The notes under the pieces were generated by a model. The model ran no database searches and was not told where the DNA came from. It saw only the letters and a program-made list of their open reading frames with translations. A stretch of 52,626 nt of DNA from a virus. Its lineage: Duplodnaviria > Caudoviricetes. This document shows positions 25,229 through 34,148 of the stretch, piece after piece (within the stretch, counting starts at the first letter, position 1; each line of letters begins with the position of its first letter). The position numbers were made by a program, and so were the translations under genes. The stretch covers positions 1 through 52,626 of IMG/VR virus record IMGVR_UViG_3300043447_000045. One strand, given 5' to 3'.

Positions 25229-26140
25229 TTACACTGCCATTGGCGCCTTAATCGGTGGATGACTTTCGTATCCGTTCAACTTGATATCGTCCATAGTGAA
25301 CTTGTCGATGTCTTTGATTTCAGGATTAAGCCATAGCTTGGGGGCAGGTAGGGGCTCACGTTGAAGTTGCTCGCGTACTTGATCTTCATGATTGAGATAG
25401 ATATGAGTATCGCCAGTAGATACTACTAGTTCACCTACCTGTAGGTCGCACACTTGAGCTATCATATGGGTGAGTAGGGCGTAACTGGCATAATTGAACG
25501 GGGCGCCCAAAAATACGTCTTGCGATCTTTGATACATATGGCAGGATAGTTTGCCGTCCTTACTTACATAGAACTGTGACATTACATGGCATGGTGGTAG
25601 GGCCATGTCGTCTAGTTCGCCTACATTCCACGCTGAGATAATATGTCTGCGTCCGTATGGGTTTGTTTTGATGCCGTTGATTAGTTCTTTTACTTGGTCA
25701 ATCTCTTGAACCTGAGTAGTAGACCTACGGCGATAGCTATTGCCAAAATCGTCATTGTATGTTCCTTCGCCTCTAAGTTTATGTTTGCGCCATTTGCGCC
25801 ATTGAACGCCATACACTCTGCCCAAGTCGCCTTCAAATTGTGCCCGAGGCTTCCAGTATGATGCTAATGCGTTTGGTGTCCAGATAGTTACTTTACCATC
25901 TCTACTACCGTGTGTGATTTCTGCTAGTCTGCGTTCACTATCGCTACCTTCTAAGAACCAGATAAGTTCGCCGCATACGGCCTTCCATGCTAGTTTCTTT
26001 GTTGTGATTGCTGGGAATGATTCTGCTAGATTGAATCTGAGTTGTCGACCAAAGACTGAGTAGGTGCCAACGCCTGTTCGGTCGTCACGCACTTCGCCAT
26101 TAGTTAGGATGTCTGTTAGTAAATCGTGATACTGTTTCAT
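25229..26140 (-). CDS. thyA: thymidylate synthase
   Basis: DRTGVGT, GRRHIISAWN, MALPPCH, MYQRSQD, GDTHIY, intact C-terminus IKAPMAV. Confidence 0.97.
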   Translation of the reverse strand: MKQYHDLLTDILTNGEVRDDRTGVGTYSVFGRQLRFNLAESFPAITTKKLAWKAVCGELIWFLEGSDSERRLAEITHGSRDGKVTIWTPNALASYWKPRAQFEGDLGRVYGVQWRKWRKHKLRGEGTYNDDFGNSYRRRSTTQVQEIDQVKELINGIKTNPYGRRHIISAWNVGELDDMALPPCHVMSQFYVSKDGKLSCHMYQRSQDVFLGAPFNYASYALLTHMIAQVCDLQVGELVVSTGDTHIYLNHEDQVREQLQREPLPAPKLWLNPEIKDIDKFTMDDIKLNGYESHPPIKAPMAV

Positions 26141-26152
26141 ATCACTATATTA

Positions 26153-26617
26153 TCACTTGCGCTCGTAAATGTCAAGTGTGTGATCACCAAAATCTTCTGT
26201 TTTGGATAAAGTGAACTCATCAAGGAATGTTTCGTATGCCAAATTTACTGTTGAACGAGTAATCAGTTTGAACTTGGTCATGTAAACTGTTGTGATTTGT
26301 GGGCGAAGTTTCCATAGGGTTTCAGCACCGCCGATGACCCATACATCTTCGTCTTGCTTGATGTTCATTAAGAGTTGTGTGATACCACTGTAAACTTCAC
26401 AGCCTTCTGTATCAGTCATCGTCTTGCTTAGCACAATGTTTCTACGATTAGGTAGTGGAGTTGGCATCTTTGAGTTCCAAGTTCCACTGCCCATCACAAC
26501 TGTTGCGCCACTTGTTAAGGCTTTGAAGCGTTTGAGATCGGCACTACAATGAGGCCAAGGCATTGTGCCATCGGCACCGAACCCACCGATAGCGTCTACT
26601 GCGAAGATAGCTTTCAT
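26153..26617 (-). CDS. folA: dihydrofolate reductase
   Basis: MPWP..ADLKRFKALT...VVMG..TW...PLPNRRNIVLS...VIGGA; adjacent to thyA. Confidence 0.92.
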   Translation of the reverse strand: MKAIFAVDAIGGFGADGTMPWPHCSADLKRFKALTSGATVVMGSGTWNSKMPTPLPNRRNIVLSKTMTDTEGCEVYSGITQLLMNIKQDEDVWVIGGAETLWKLRPQITTVYMTKFKLITRSTVNLAYETFLDEFTLSKTEDFGDHTLDIYERK

Positions 26618-26913
26618 TTCAAGTCTTTGAGAAAGTGATCTGTTTCTGGTTGTACAATCTCAGCAATGCTTTCAATATCGAATACGAATTCTACTGAGAT
26701 CATTTCTTCATCATACTCGGCTAGCTTTTCACTAACCGCGTGTTCGATTTCATCTGGGCTGAGTCCTTGCTCAAGTAGCAGGCGAACATTGATCGTGCGC
26801 TGACGACGACCGGAGAGTTTCACAATCAGTTTCCTGATAAACTCTACCGGTACTCTTGTCTTTTCTACATCTTGTATGATGTGTTCCCATTTAGCAAAGA
26901 CTTCAGGTGACAT
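26614..26913 (-). CDS. hypothetical protein
   Basis: 99-aa coupled ORF. Confidence 0.72.
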   Translation of the reverse strand: MSPEVFAKWEHIIQDVEKTRVPVEFIRKLIVKLSGRRQRTINVRLLLEQGLSPDEIEHAVSEKLAEYDEEMISVEFVFDIESIAEIVQPETDHFLKDLK

Positions 26914-26920
26914 ACTCTAA

Positions 26921-27610
26921 TTATCCTGTAACTACAGCCTTCTTAGGTCTGCCGCGGCCGCGTTTGACTTCGGCATCTGAGGCTGTTACAGTATTTATTG
27001 CTGGAGTAGTCACAGGCATCATTGACTCAGCTTCTTGCATTAGGCGCTCTGACTCTGCTAATAAGCCCCTAGCTTCAGCGGCCATGCGTTGTGCTTGCTG
27101 ACGTAAATTGTTAGCGATTGAATCGTCACCCATGACGCCTTGAGGTGCTTGTTGTGGTAAGGTTGACTCACCGCGCATACGACGAGCAACATCAGCTGGG
27201 TCTTGTAAGCCGCGTGAGGCATCAAGTTCAGCTAGGCGCTTGACCGCGTCTTCGCCCTGTGACATTTCGTTTAGAATCTTGTTGAGTTCATCTAAGCGTA
27301 CTTTAGTGTTTGGTGTTGGGGTAACCATAACCTGATTGGTGTTGACTTTCTTCATCATGCCTTCTAAGTGAAGAACTTGAAGAATAATCTTACCGTCACG
27401 AGTGTATGACTTGTTTAGGTGATCAGCTAAGTCTTTAGCTTGTTGACCTTGAGGGCTTTCGATGGCCATCATCATTGGGTCGTGGATGTTTTGGTTGAGT
27501 ACTTCGGTATAGACCACGAGTGCCATGTGTGGTTCACCTGGCAGTTCGCGGAAGATGATAGCGACTTTGCGATCACCTACTTTACCTACGTGTTTTAAAA
27601 AGTTAGACAT
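26921..27610 (-). CDS. hypothetical protein with C-terminal AT-hook
   Basis: KRGRGRPKK; AGGAG RBS; TAAATA at 27632-27637. Confidence 0.75.
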   Translation of the reverse strand: MSNFLKHVGKVGDRKVAIIFRELPGEPHMALVVYTEVLNQNIHDPMMMAIESPQGQQAKDLADHLNKSYTRDGKIILQVLHLEGMMKKVNTNQVMVTPTPNTKVRLDELNKILNEMSQGEDAVKRLAELDASRGLQDPADVARRMRGESTLPQQAPQGVMGDDSIANNLRQQAQRMAAEARGLLAESERLMQEAESMMPVTTPAINTVTASDAEVKRGRGRPKKAVVTG

Positions 27611-27653
27611 ATATGCTCCTTTGAGTTGAAGTATTTAGAAGCAACAAGCGAGG

Positions 27654-28706
27654 TTAATTTATTTTTCTAACGCCGTGAGCAATTTCTTGTTGCTTCAAAT
27701 TAGCCATTTTAACCAAAAACTCTTCTTTCTGTCTGTGAAAATCTTCATGAATAAATCCATTATAGTTTACATCTTTACCAGCATAGTCGCCAGCAAAACG
27801 ATAAGCCAAACGCTCATGTAGTTCGGAGATCATATTCATATCTTCTTTGATTTTTCTCATGTGAAGCGTAATTGACTGCTCAAACAATACCAAATCGCCG
27901 CGTGGATTATCCCACCAGTAATCATATTGGTATTCAGGAACAAATAACTCAGACTCAATCTTAGCAATAATCTTATCGCTGTCCGCTTTACTCATTCCCC
28001 TAAAGCCACTAATAAATTTACTGTAATGTAGTCCTCTAAAACCACCAGGACTGTCCATGACTAATGGCATTTCTAAGTGTTCTTGCGGAACAAAGAACAT
28101 TCTCATGTTTAATTCTTGATCCTCATTACTGGATGGCATGATTGCCTTTTTATTCCAAATACAATCAGATACTAGTTCATTAAGTTCACTCTTGAAACTC
28201 TCTGTTTGTTTATCATACCAATCGGCACTTTGTAGGAAAGATGTGGAACTAGTATTCATATGATTCATACCATAAAGAATCACTAATGGAGCAAAAGATA
28301 CTTGAGCAAACTCATTACTGTGCCATAGTAACTCAGTATCACCGAAGGCTCCTAACATTTTACCTTCATTGTCTTTTTTGCCGGTTACTCTAAACCAGCC
28401 AGTGTAATTAGGAATAGCCCATCTGCCATTTATTTCTGTATTTCTACGCTCATCATCGGTCATTACATCCGAGTAATCTCTACGAAGACCGTACTTCATT
28501 ACGAATCTGCTAGGTCTACGATCTGTAATATGATGAATGTTTTTCGCTACAGTATCGAAACGCTCAATACCATCACTTCTAACAACGGTGACTAGTGTTT
28601 TTAGATTTAGTTCTTTGAGTTCCTGATACGCTTCTGGCTGGTCCCATTCAAAGTCTTCAACTATTGCGCCGAAACTGCCAAAGCCTGGCATCTTACTTAC
28701 TTTCAT
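27654..28706 (-). CDS. TauD/TfdA-like Fe(II)/2-oxoglutarate dioxygenase
   Basis: RVTG...LLWHSNE (Hx(D/N)), GDLVLFEQSITLHMR resembles GDxxxWDNxxxxHxR; AT-richer; TAAATA at 28727-28732. Confidence 0.7.
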   Translation of the reverse strand: MKVSKMPGFGSFGAIVEDFEWDQPEAYQELKELNLKTLVTVVRSDGIERFDTVAKNIHHITDRRPSRFVMKYGLRRDYSDVMTDDERRNTEINGRWAIPNYTGWFRVTGKKDNEGKMLGAFGDTELLWHSNEFAQVSFAPLVILYGMNHMNTSSTSFLQSADWYDKQTESFKSELNELVSDCIWNKKAIMPSSNEDQELNMRMFFVPQEHLEMPLVMDSPGGFRGLHYSKFISGFRGMSKADSDKIIAKIESELFVPEYQYDYWWDNPRGDLVLFEQSITLHMRKIKEDMNMISELHERLAYRFAGDYAGKDVNYNGFIHEDFHRQKEEFLVKMANLKQQEIAHGVRKIN

Positions 28707-28729
28707 TCATTATCTCCTAGGTGAGATAT

Positions 28730-29122
28730 TTATCGAGCAAGTGACCTGAGAGTTTTATAGTTCTCGTATGCTTGAACAACGCTAGGATTGGAATTGTAGT
28801 TGGTCGGTGCTAACTCAATCCACAAGTCGTGCTGAGGCAAGAATGATGTGCCGCCGAAGTTGCGAGGCTGGTGAATACGACCACTGTGCCATAGTTCGTA
28901 TGCTAGGTCTTCAACATCACGCCATTCAATACCTGCGAATGAATAGCCAGAGGTTCTACCATAGCCGATACTAGGGTCGTTATAATACATATCAAGGACA
29001 CGCAAGAACGCCTCATAGTCCTGCGCTAGAGTGCGGGTAATGATTAGTACAACGTCTTTGAGTTCGACTTCACCACGAATGATAGATGGCACACATTGGC
29101 CAAGGCTTGTTCCGATTAACAT
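28730..29122 (-). CDS. hypothetical protein (start reassigned to MLIGTSLG)
   Basis: ATG at 29122 directly follows the stop of the upstream gene. Confidence 0.7.
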   Translation of the reverse strand: MLIGTSLGQCVPSIIRGEVELKDVVLIITRTLAQDYEAFLRVLDMYYNDPSIGYGRTSGYSFAGIEWRDVEDLAYELWHSGRIHQPRNFGGTSFLPQHDLWIELAPTNYNSNPSVVQAYENYKTLRSLAR

Positions 29123-29123
29123 A

Positions 29124-29429
29124 TTAAATCTTTCCGTAAATAAATTCACCACAAGAACGAATCTCGTCCTTGACACTTCCGTTGTCTTTGAACCATTCGC
29201 TCTCAAACTCATCCTCGCCCAGATTGCTACTGAATGTCCAAATCTCTGCGCATTTATAGTCGTCAGTCATGATTGTAATAATCATATCACGAACAGGATT
29301 AGATACCCACTTTGCTTCGGCCTTTTCCATAAGAATATCTATCGTGTGTTGCTGATCGTGTATAGTCAGGTTCAGCAGATAGTATCCTCTAGAATGCCAC
29401 ATGATTAAGTAGTCAAACTTTTCGCTCAC
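29124..29429 (-). CDS. hypothetical protein
   Basis: 101-aa ORF in operon. Confidence 0.6.
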   Translation of the reverse strand: MSEKFDYLIMWHSRGYYLLNLTIHDQQHTIDILMEKAEAKWVSNPVRDMIITIMTDDYKCAEIWTFSSNLGEDEFESEWFKDNGSVKDEIRSCGEFIYGKI

Positions 29430-29649
29430 TTTTAGTCAGGTTCGTTATAAGTTCGATGTGTCTTAGCACTTCGTCTAGGCTTTCACATTGTTCTGCTTGT
29501 TCAAGTACATCTATCCATGATAGCCAACGAATGACTACAGGTCCGCTTGTTTTGAGTGGCGAGTTGATATTGTTACGACGGTACACTTCAGCGGTATCAT
29601 CCGTGTACACAATCGTAGTTATTTCCTCGCTGGTCTTTACGATAGCCAT
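29413..29649 (-). CDS. hypothetical protein
   Basis: 78-aa ORF in operon. Confidence 0.6.
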   Translation of the reverse strand: MAIVKTSEEITTIVYTDDTAEVYRRNNINSPLKTSGPVVIRWLSWIDVLEQAEQCESLDEVLRHIELITNLTKSERKV

Positions 29650-29651
29650 GA

Positions 29652-30947
29652 TTACTCAGTGTAGTAAGCCCATGAACCCCAGGGTGGCGTGATACTCTTA
29701 GCATAAGAGCCGACACCGATCCAGGTTGTATCGCAATAGTCAGGATCACCCCAGCTACCGAACGGGCACATATCAGTGAACACTACAAGTCGGTTAGGTA
29801 CGATTGCTTGTTCTTTGAGGTAAGTAAAGATACAAGTAAAGTCAGTACCGCCGCCACCGCCTGGGATGTACTGAGAGATATCTTCTAAGTTCTCGCTAGT
29901 GTACTCAGCAGGGTTGTGAGTGCCCGTGTCAAAGCAGAATACGTGAATCTTGTAGCCTGAGAATGAGTCCATGATACCTTGAATCTCGCCCAAGAACACT
30001 TTGATATCATCGTTAGAGATACTACCAGAAGTGTCAAGTGCTACAACGATATCAACTTCTTCACCAGGAGCACGACCAGGCATGACCGAGTCCATGTGCC
30101 ATGAACGGCGTGATGGACGCATGAATGAATAGTCTGTGCGAATTGTTGACACAAGGTTAGTCTGAATCAATTCACGCCAAGGCATCTTAGGCTCGGTGAT
30201 AGAGTTGACCATACGCTCAACTTCGCCAGGCAAGGAATGACCTGCTTCTTTAGCGGCTTTAGCGGCATTGATGATGTTCTCCTTCATTTCCTGCTTGAGC
30301 TTAGCACGTTCCTCTTCTGAGAGTTGACCAGGGCGGCGTTTAGATTTGCCGTCTTGACCTTCTTCATCGCCGTCACCATCGCCATCAGAGTCCATGTGAT
30401 CGTCAAGCAACTGGTCAAGCAAGTCATCGATGTTGAGTTGCTTAGCATTTTGCATGAGGTCGTCATAGATATGCTCAGCACCCATGCCGTCATACTTGGT
30501 CTCATACAAGCAAGGCACGGAGGTAATGAAGTCGCCTACCTTGTGACGTTTCAAGTCAGCGTTAACAGCATAGTCGTCGGCAATGTTCCAGATTTGTGGG
30601 TCGCGGTCATCACGACGGCCGATGTGATCGTAAACAACGTGTAACACTTCGTGTGCTACCAGGAATTCAACTTCGCCTGGCTTGAGCAGGTTGATAAAGC
30701 GTGAGTTGTAGTAGAACTTACGACCGTCGGTAGCGGCAGTAGGTAGCCACTCGTCAGCGTTGATAAGTGTAAGACGAGTTGCCAGGTTGCCGAAGAATGA
30801 GTGCTTGAACAGCAAGCGAGTGCGGGCAATAATCAGCTTATCACGGGCTTCGTTGTCGGTAGCTTTGTCGTAAGGGCCGACTAACTTGTCCAGTTTCTCC
30901 TGGTTCTTGCCTTTTTTAGCTTTTTTGGTGGTGGTCAAATCTGACAT
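29652..30947 (-). CDS. DUF2201-type metallopeptidase plus vWA-like domain protein
   Basis: TAATDG, LVAHEVLHV (HExxH), WNIADDYAVN, MIDAS DTSGS, GGGGTDF, VFTD; GGAG RBS before ATG 30947. Confidence 0.88.
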   Translation of the reverse strand: MSDLTTTKKAKKGKNQEKLDKLVGPYDKATDNEARDKLIIARTRLLFKHSFFGNLATRLTLINADEWLPTAATDGRKFYYNSRFINLLKPGEVEFLVAHEVLHVVYDHIGRRDDRDPQIWNIADDYAVNADLKRHKVGDFITSVPCLYETKYDGMGAEHIYDDLMQNAKQLNIDDLLDQLLDDHMDSDGDGDGDEEGQDGKSKRRPGQLSEEERAKLKQEMKENIINAAKAAKEAGHSLPGEVERMVNSITEPKMPWRELIQTNLVSTIRTDYSFMRPSRRSWHMDSVMPGRAPGEEVDIVVALDTSGSISNDDIKVFLGEIQGIMDSFSGYKIHVFCFDTGTHNPAEYTSENLEDISQYIPGGGGGTDFTCIFTYLKEQAIVPNRLVVFTDMCPFGSWGDPDYCDTTWIGVGSYAKSITPPWGSWAYYTE

Positions 30948-30974
30948 ACATTCTCCGTTTGATTCAATATAGTA

Positions 30975-31003
30975 ATTATACACCACCTGACATTTATTGT
31001 CAA
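30975..31003 (-). promoter_or_regulatory. early sigma70-type promoter TTGACA-N17-TATAAT
   Basis: TTGACAATAAATGTCAGGTGGTGTATAAT, perfect consensus. Confidence 0.85.
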
Positions 31004-31023
31004 GTGGTGTGGAGAGGGCAGGA

Positions 31024-32121
31024 TTACTGAGCCGCAGCCTTGATGAACTTGCCGAACTTGCCGTTGAATTCAGTGAAGGTCTTCATCTTCATAGGGTTGA
31101 ACGGGATTTTGTAGTTCATCATCGCGGTCTTAGCACCCATGATGACCAACTCAGTCTCGAAGTTCTTCATCATGTAAGCGAGGAAGTTGTCGACCATCTC
31201 GGTGACTTCTTCAGGCTTCTTAGTTGTGACCGCATCACGCAATTCATAGCACAACGACACGGTCAGAGCATACATAGCTGACACTTCTTTGACTTGTAGG
31301 TCAGTTACTTTGCCCGAGAGGATGTCTTCAGGTTGAGGCAACTTGCCTGCGATCTTGCGGTGAGCCATGAATTTAGCGGCAAGACCTTCACCAATAGCAC
31401 CAGCTACGAGTGTGAACAAGGTCTCAACGTCAATCTCATCCTCATTCTCGAGGAGTTCTGACACAAAGCACCATGAACGAGGCGTAGCGAATGCCTTAGA
31501 TGATGACTTAGCATCGAAGTCATACATATCGCTCTTAGCGAATGACAGGTAGCCCACTACGTCACGGTGAATACCCTTCTCAAGGGCCCACACTTGCCAA
31601 GCGGTAAAGTCAGGCTTCATTTCAACGTGAACGAAGCGGTTGGCAAGAGGCATAGGCATACGATAAGTCACGCCTTTATCGGAGTCACGGTTACCAGCGG
31701 CAACGATTACAACGTTGTCGGGCAACTTGTACTTACCGATACGACGGTTCAGAATAAGTTGATAACCAGCGGCTTGAACACTAGGAGCGGCTGAGTTCAT
31801 TTCGTCCAAGAATAGAACGATGACGGGATACTGAGAGGCAAGTTCCTCATCGGGCAGGTCAACAGGCGGTGCCCAGTCCATTTTGCCGATTTCTTTATTG
31901 AAGAAGGGAATGCCACGAATGTCGGTAGGTTCCATTTGAGCCATACGCAAGTCAATCATATAGCCGCCGAGTTCTTCGGTGATGCCTGCGACAACATCAG
32001 ATTTGCCGATACCTGGAGGGCCCCACAAGAATACAGGGCGTTGTACTTTGAACGCTGTAAGCAGGGCTTTACGAGCGGCGATGGCGTTGACGCTATGAAC
32101 GTCGGAAACTACTGATGACAT
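31024..32121 (-). CDS. MoxR-like AAA+ ATPase
   Basis: WGPPGIGKS, LFLDEMN, AAGN, LANRF, TPRSW; adjacent to the vWA gene. Confidence 0.9.
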   Translation of the reverse strand: MSSVVSDVHSVNAIAARKALLTAFKVQRPVFLWGPPGIGKSDVVAGITEELGGYMIDLRMAQMEPTDIRGIPFFNKEIGKMDWAPPVDLPDEELASQYPVIVLFLDEMNSAAPSVQAAGYQLILNRRIGKYKLPDNVVIVAAGNRDSDKGVTYRMPMPLANRFVHVEMKPDFTAWQVWALEKGIHRDVVGYLSFAKSDMYDFDAKSSSKAFATPRSWCFVSELLENEDEIDVETLFTLVAGAIGEGLAAKFMAHRKIAGKLPQPEDILSGKVTDLQVKEVSAMYALTVSLCYELRDAVTTKKPEEVTEMVDNFLAYMMKNFETELVIMGAKTAMMNYKIPFNPMKMKTFTEFNGKFGKFIKAAAQ

Positions 32122-32151
32122 TTAAGATCCTTTTTGAGTGTTGATAGGGTT

Positions 32152-32180
32152 ATTGTAGCAGAGGTGTGATTTATCGTCAA
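32152..32180 (-). promoter_or_regulatory. early promoter TTGACG-N17-TACAAT with extended TG
   Basis: TTGACGATAAATCACACCTCTGCTACAAT. Confidence 0.8.
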
Positions 32181-32197
32181 TTACACGAAAGTATTAG

Positions 32198-32623
32198 TTA
32201 CACCAATTCGTAGGGTTTGTTCCACTTACCGATGTTGATATCGATGTAGTGTGAGCAGTGGAAGTAATCGACCTGAGCGTCGGTGTGGTCAAAGAAGTCA
32301 GGACCCTTCATGGCATCAATAAGTTTCATCAAGGCAGACTTAGCTTTGCCAGAGTAATGCTCATGAACCCAGAACGTATTGACATCCAGTGACTGGTTCT
32401 TACGAATGTAAGCGATTTGGTCAGCCGACATTTTGCCAGCGTGTGGCTTGGCGGCATCAGTAGCAATATAGTTCTCAATAAAATCAATCTTACCAGACTT
32501 GATATTGAGTACTAAAGTACTATGATTGCGAACTGCCAGGGAGCCCTTCAAGCCGTAGGTTTTGAGGATAGCCTTGATAGCGGGAGCCAACTTTGCTTTC
32601 ATTTCCTGAGATACGTATGCCAT
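32198..32623 (-). CDS. hypothetical early protein (MAYVSQEMKAKLAP...)
   Basis: ATG at 32623 lies downstream of the promoter at 32655-32683. Confidence 0.78.
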   Translation of the reverse strand: MAYVSQEMKAKLAPAIKAILKTYGLKGSLAVRNHSTLVLNIKSGKIDFIENYIATDAAKPHAGKMSADQIAYIRKNQSLDVNTFWVHEHYSGKAKSALMKLIDAMKGPDFFDHTDAQVDYFHCSHYIDINIGKWNKPYELV

Positions 32624-32654
32624 TTGGAGTGCCTTTCTGAGTGTCAATACAAGT

Positions 32655-32683
32655 ATTGTAGCAGGTTAGCCATTTATTGTCAA
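32655..32683 (-). promoter_or_regulatory. early promoter TTGACA-N17-TACAAT with extended TG
   Basis: TTGACAATAAATGGCTAACCTGCTACAAT. Confidence 0.85.
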
Positions 32684-32687
32684 GAAG

Positions 32688-32715
32688 TTGGGTGTTGTAT
32701 TTTGACAACACCCAA
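32688..32715. promoter_or_regulatory. 11-bp inverted repeat (operator or terminator) just upstream of the -35
   Basis: TTGGGTGTTGT-ATTTTG-ACAACACCCAA. Confidence 0.55.
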
Positions 32716-32719
32716 AGCA

Positions 32720-32989
32720 TCAAGGATTATCAGGCAGGTTGTCGTTCATGTTGTGGGCCCAGATTGCTCCGCCTGCTAAGCCTAGTAGCAATAGCATAAA
32801 CAGACCGCCGAAGCCAATGATTTTTGCTGGCACGAAAATGAAGGCAAGAATTGCCGGAGCAAAGCCGGCATACACGCCGATCTTGGTGTTCGTGGACATC
32901 TTCCGACCACGGACAGTTTCGTGTAGGCAATGAGGACATTGATATGCTTTAGGTTCGATGCGAGAGCCGCAGTTTAGACAAGTTGACAT
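32720..32989 (-). CDS. small zinc-ribbon membrane protein
   Basis: CLNC...CPHC then two TM helices; AAGGA RBS. Confidence 0.72.
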   Translation of the reverse strand: MSTCLNCGSRIEPKAYQCPHCLHETVRGRKMSTNTKIGVYAGFAPAILAFIFVPAKIIGFGGLFMLLLLGLAGGAIWAHNMNDNLPDNP

Positions 32990-33020
32990 AAACTTCCTTT
33001 GAGAGTTGATAAGTGTTAGC

Positions 33021-33049
33021 AGTGTAACACAGTGTGAAGTTTGTGTCAA
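33021..33049 (-). promoter_or_regulatory. early promoter TTGACA-N17-TACACT
   Basis: TTGACACAAACTTCACACTGTGTTACACT. Confidence 0.7.
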
Positions 33050-33061
33050 CAGAAAATGGAA

Positions 33062-33322
33062 TTATTCGCCGTTGAGTAGGGCGGCCATTGTAATGAACTG
33101 ATCTAGCGTTTCAATAGCGTTGTTGATAGCGTCGATCTTGGGCTGTGTCTTAGTAGTCTTGTTGATTCTACGTGCTTCTACTTCTAACTTCGATAGTTCT
33201 TCTACCATATGATCTATCGACTTGAGCATCTTGCGCAGGTCAGCGTTGTAGTCAAGTCTGTGTATCTGAGAGACTATCTCAGCACGAACCGTGAACCATT
33301 CTAAACTAGAGGTGATTTTCAT
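33062..33322 (-). CDS. hypothetical helical protein
   Basis: 86-aa ORF, GAGG RBS. Confidence 0.7.
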   Translation of the reverse strand: MKITSSLEWFTVRAEIVSQIHRLDYNADLRKMLKSIDHMVEELSKLEVEARRINKTTKTQPKIDAINNAIETLDQFITMAALLNGE

Positions 33323-33336
33323 AAGCCTCTATTGTA

Positions 33337-33513
33337 TCACCCTTCGAAGTTTTTGTGAACAGCAATTGGTTTGGTGTATGTGTAGCCGTACTGCTTGTGT
33401 AACCATTCGACGAACTTCAACACTTCTTCCTCTTGAAAATCGCGGTGAGTTCTGTTCTCATTGTATACTTTACTAGCGTGTGATACTTTGTCTAGCCATT
33501 CTTTGTCGTTCAT
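33337..33513 (-). CDS. small hypothetical protein, 58 aa (MNDKEWLDKVSHASKVY...)
   Basis: GAGGA RBS and TAAATA (33531-33536) upstream; translated by hand, below ORF-track cutoff. Confidence 0.65.
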   Translation of the reverse strand: MNDKEWLDKVSHASKVYNENRTHRDFQEEEVLKFVEWLHKQYGYTYTKPIAVHKNFEG

Positions 33514-33540
33514 TTTGTTTTCCTCGGAGTTATTTATTCC

Positions 33541-33570
33541 AAAGAAAAAGGCTCACGAAAATGTGAGCCT
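33541..33570 (-). terminator. rho-independent terminator of the beta-barrel gene
   Basis: AGGCTCAC-6 nt loop-GTGAGCCT followed by TTTTTCTTT on the - strand. Confidence 0.8.
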
Positions 33571-33593
33571 CGAGTTTCAGAGAGCGTCTATGA

Positions 33594-34148
33594 TTAGAAG
33601 CCGAACTGTAGACCTAGACCGAAAGCACGTTCTTTGATATCTTGGTCAGAGCGTGACAAGCCTGCTGTTACAGCAACGTTCTTAGCAACTGGGTGTGCGT
33701 ATTGAACGAATGTAACTGTTTGTGCTGTACGAGTTGCCTCTGTACCACCGAAGCGTGTCTTGACGCCTGCTAGAGCGTAGCCAACGCCGACTGGGCGACC
33801 AACGTTAACACCAGCAACGCCGTAGCGATATGGTGTGTTAGCACCGTTCATTGTGTTGTCGTAACTGATACCAACGAATGGTGTAGCAGTTAAGCCAGCA
33901 ACGCCAATGTTCTTACCAGCAGTTAGCTCTAGGCTGTTGAACAAGCCTGAACCGTCAGAGGCACGTGCTGTGCGTGACTGTAAGCCGTATTGAATGCCAC
34001 CTAACTCTTTACCAGCACGAATGTACTGAGCAGTACTGGTTGAATTGTCGGTGCGATCAGTGACTTGGTCAACTGCAATTGCTACGTAGTCGGCAGCAAA
34101 CGCTGTTTGAGATAAGGCCAAGGCCATGATTGCTAATAGTTTTTTCAT
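33594..34148 (-). CDS. outer-membrane beta-barrel (porin-like) protein
   Basis: signal peptide MKKLLAIMALALSQTAFA; alternating amphipathic strands; C-terminal LGLQFGF beta-signal; AAGGA RBS. Confidence 0.75.
   Translation of the reverse strand: MKKLLAIMALALSQTAFAADYVAIAVDQVTDRTDNSTSTAQYIRAGKELGGIQYGLQSRTARASDGSGLFNSLELTAGKNIGVAGLTATPFVGISYDNTMNGANTPYRYGVAGVNVGRPVGVGYALAGVKTRFGGTEATRTAQTVTFVQYAHPVAKNVAVTAGLSRSDQDIKERAFGLGLQFGF

Noticed and set aside
24371-26140. Group I intron in thyA
   Set aside because: thyA is continuous to its normal C-terminus; the endonuclease lies outside it.
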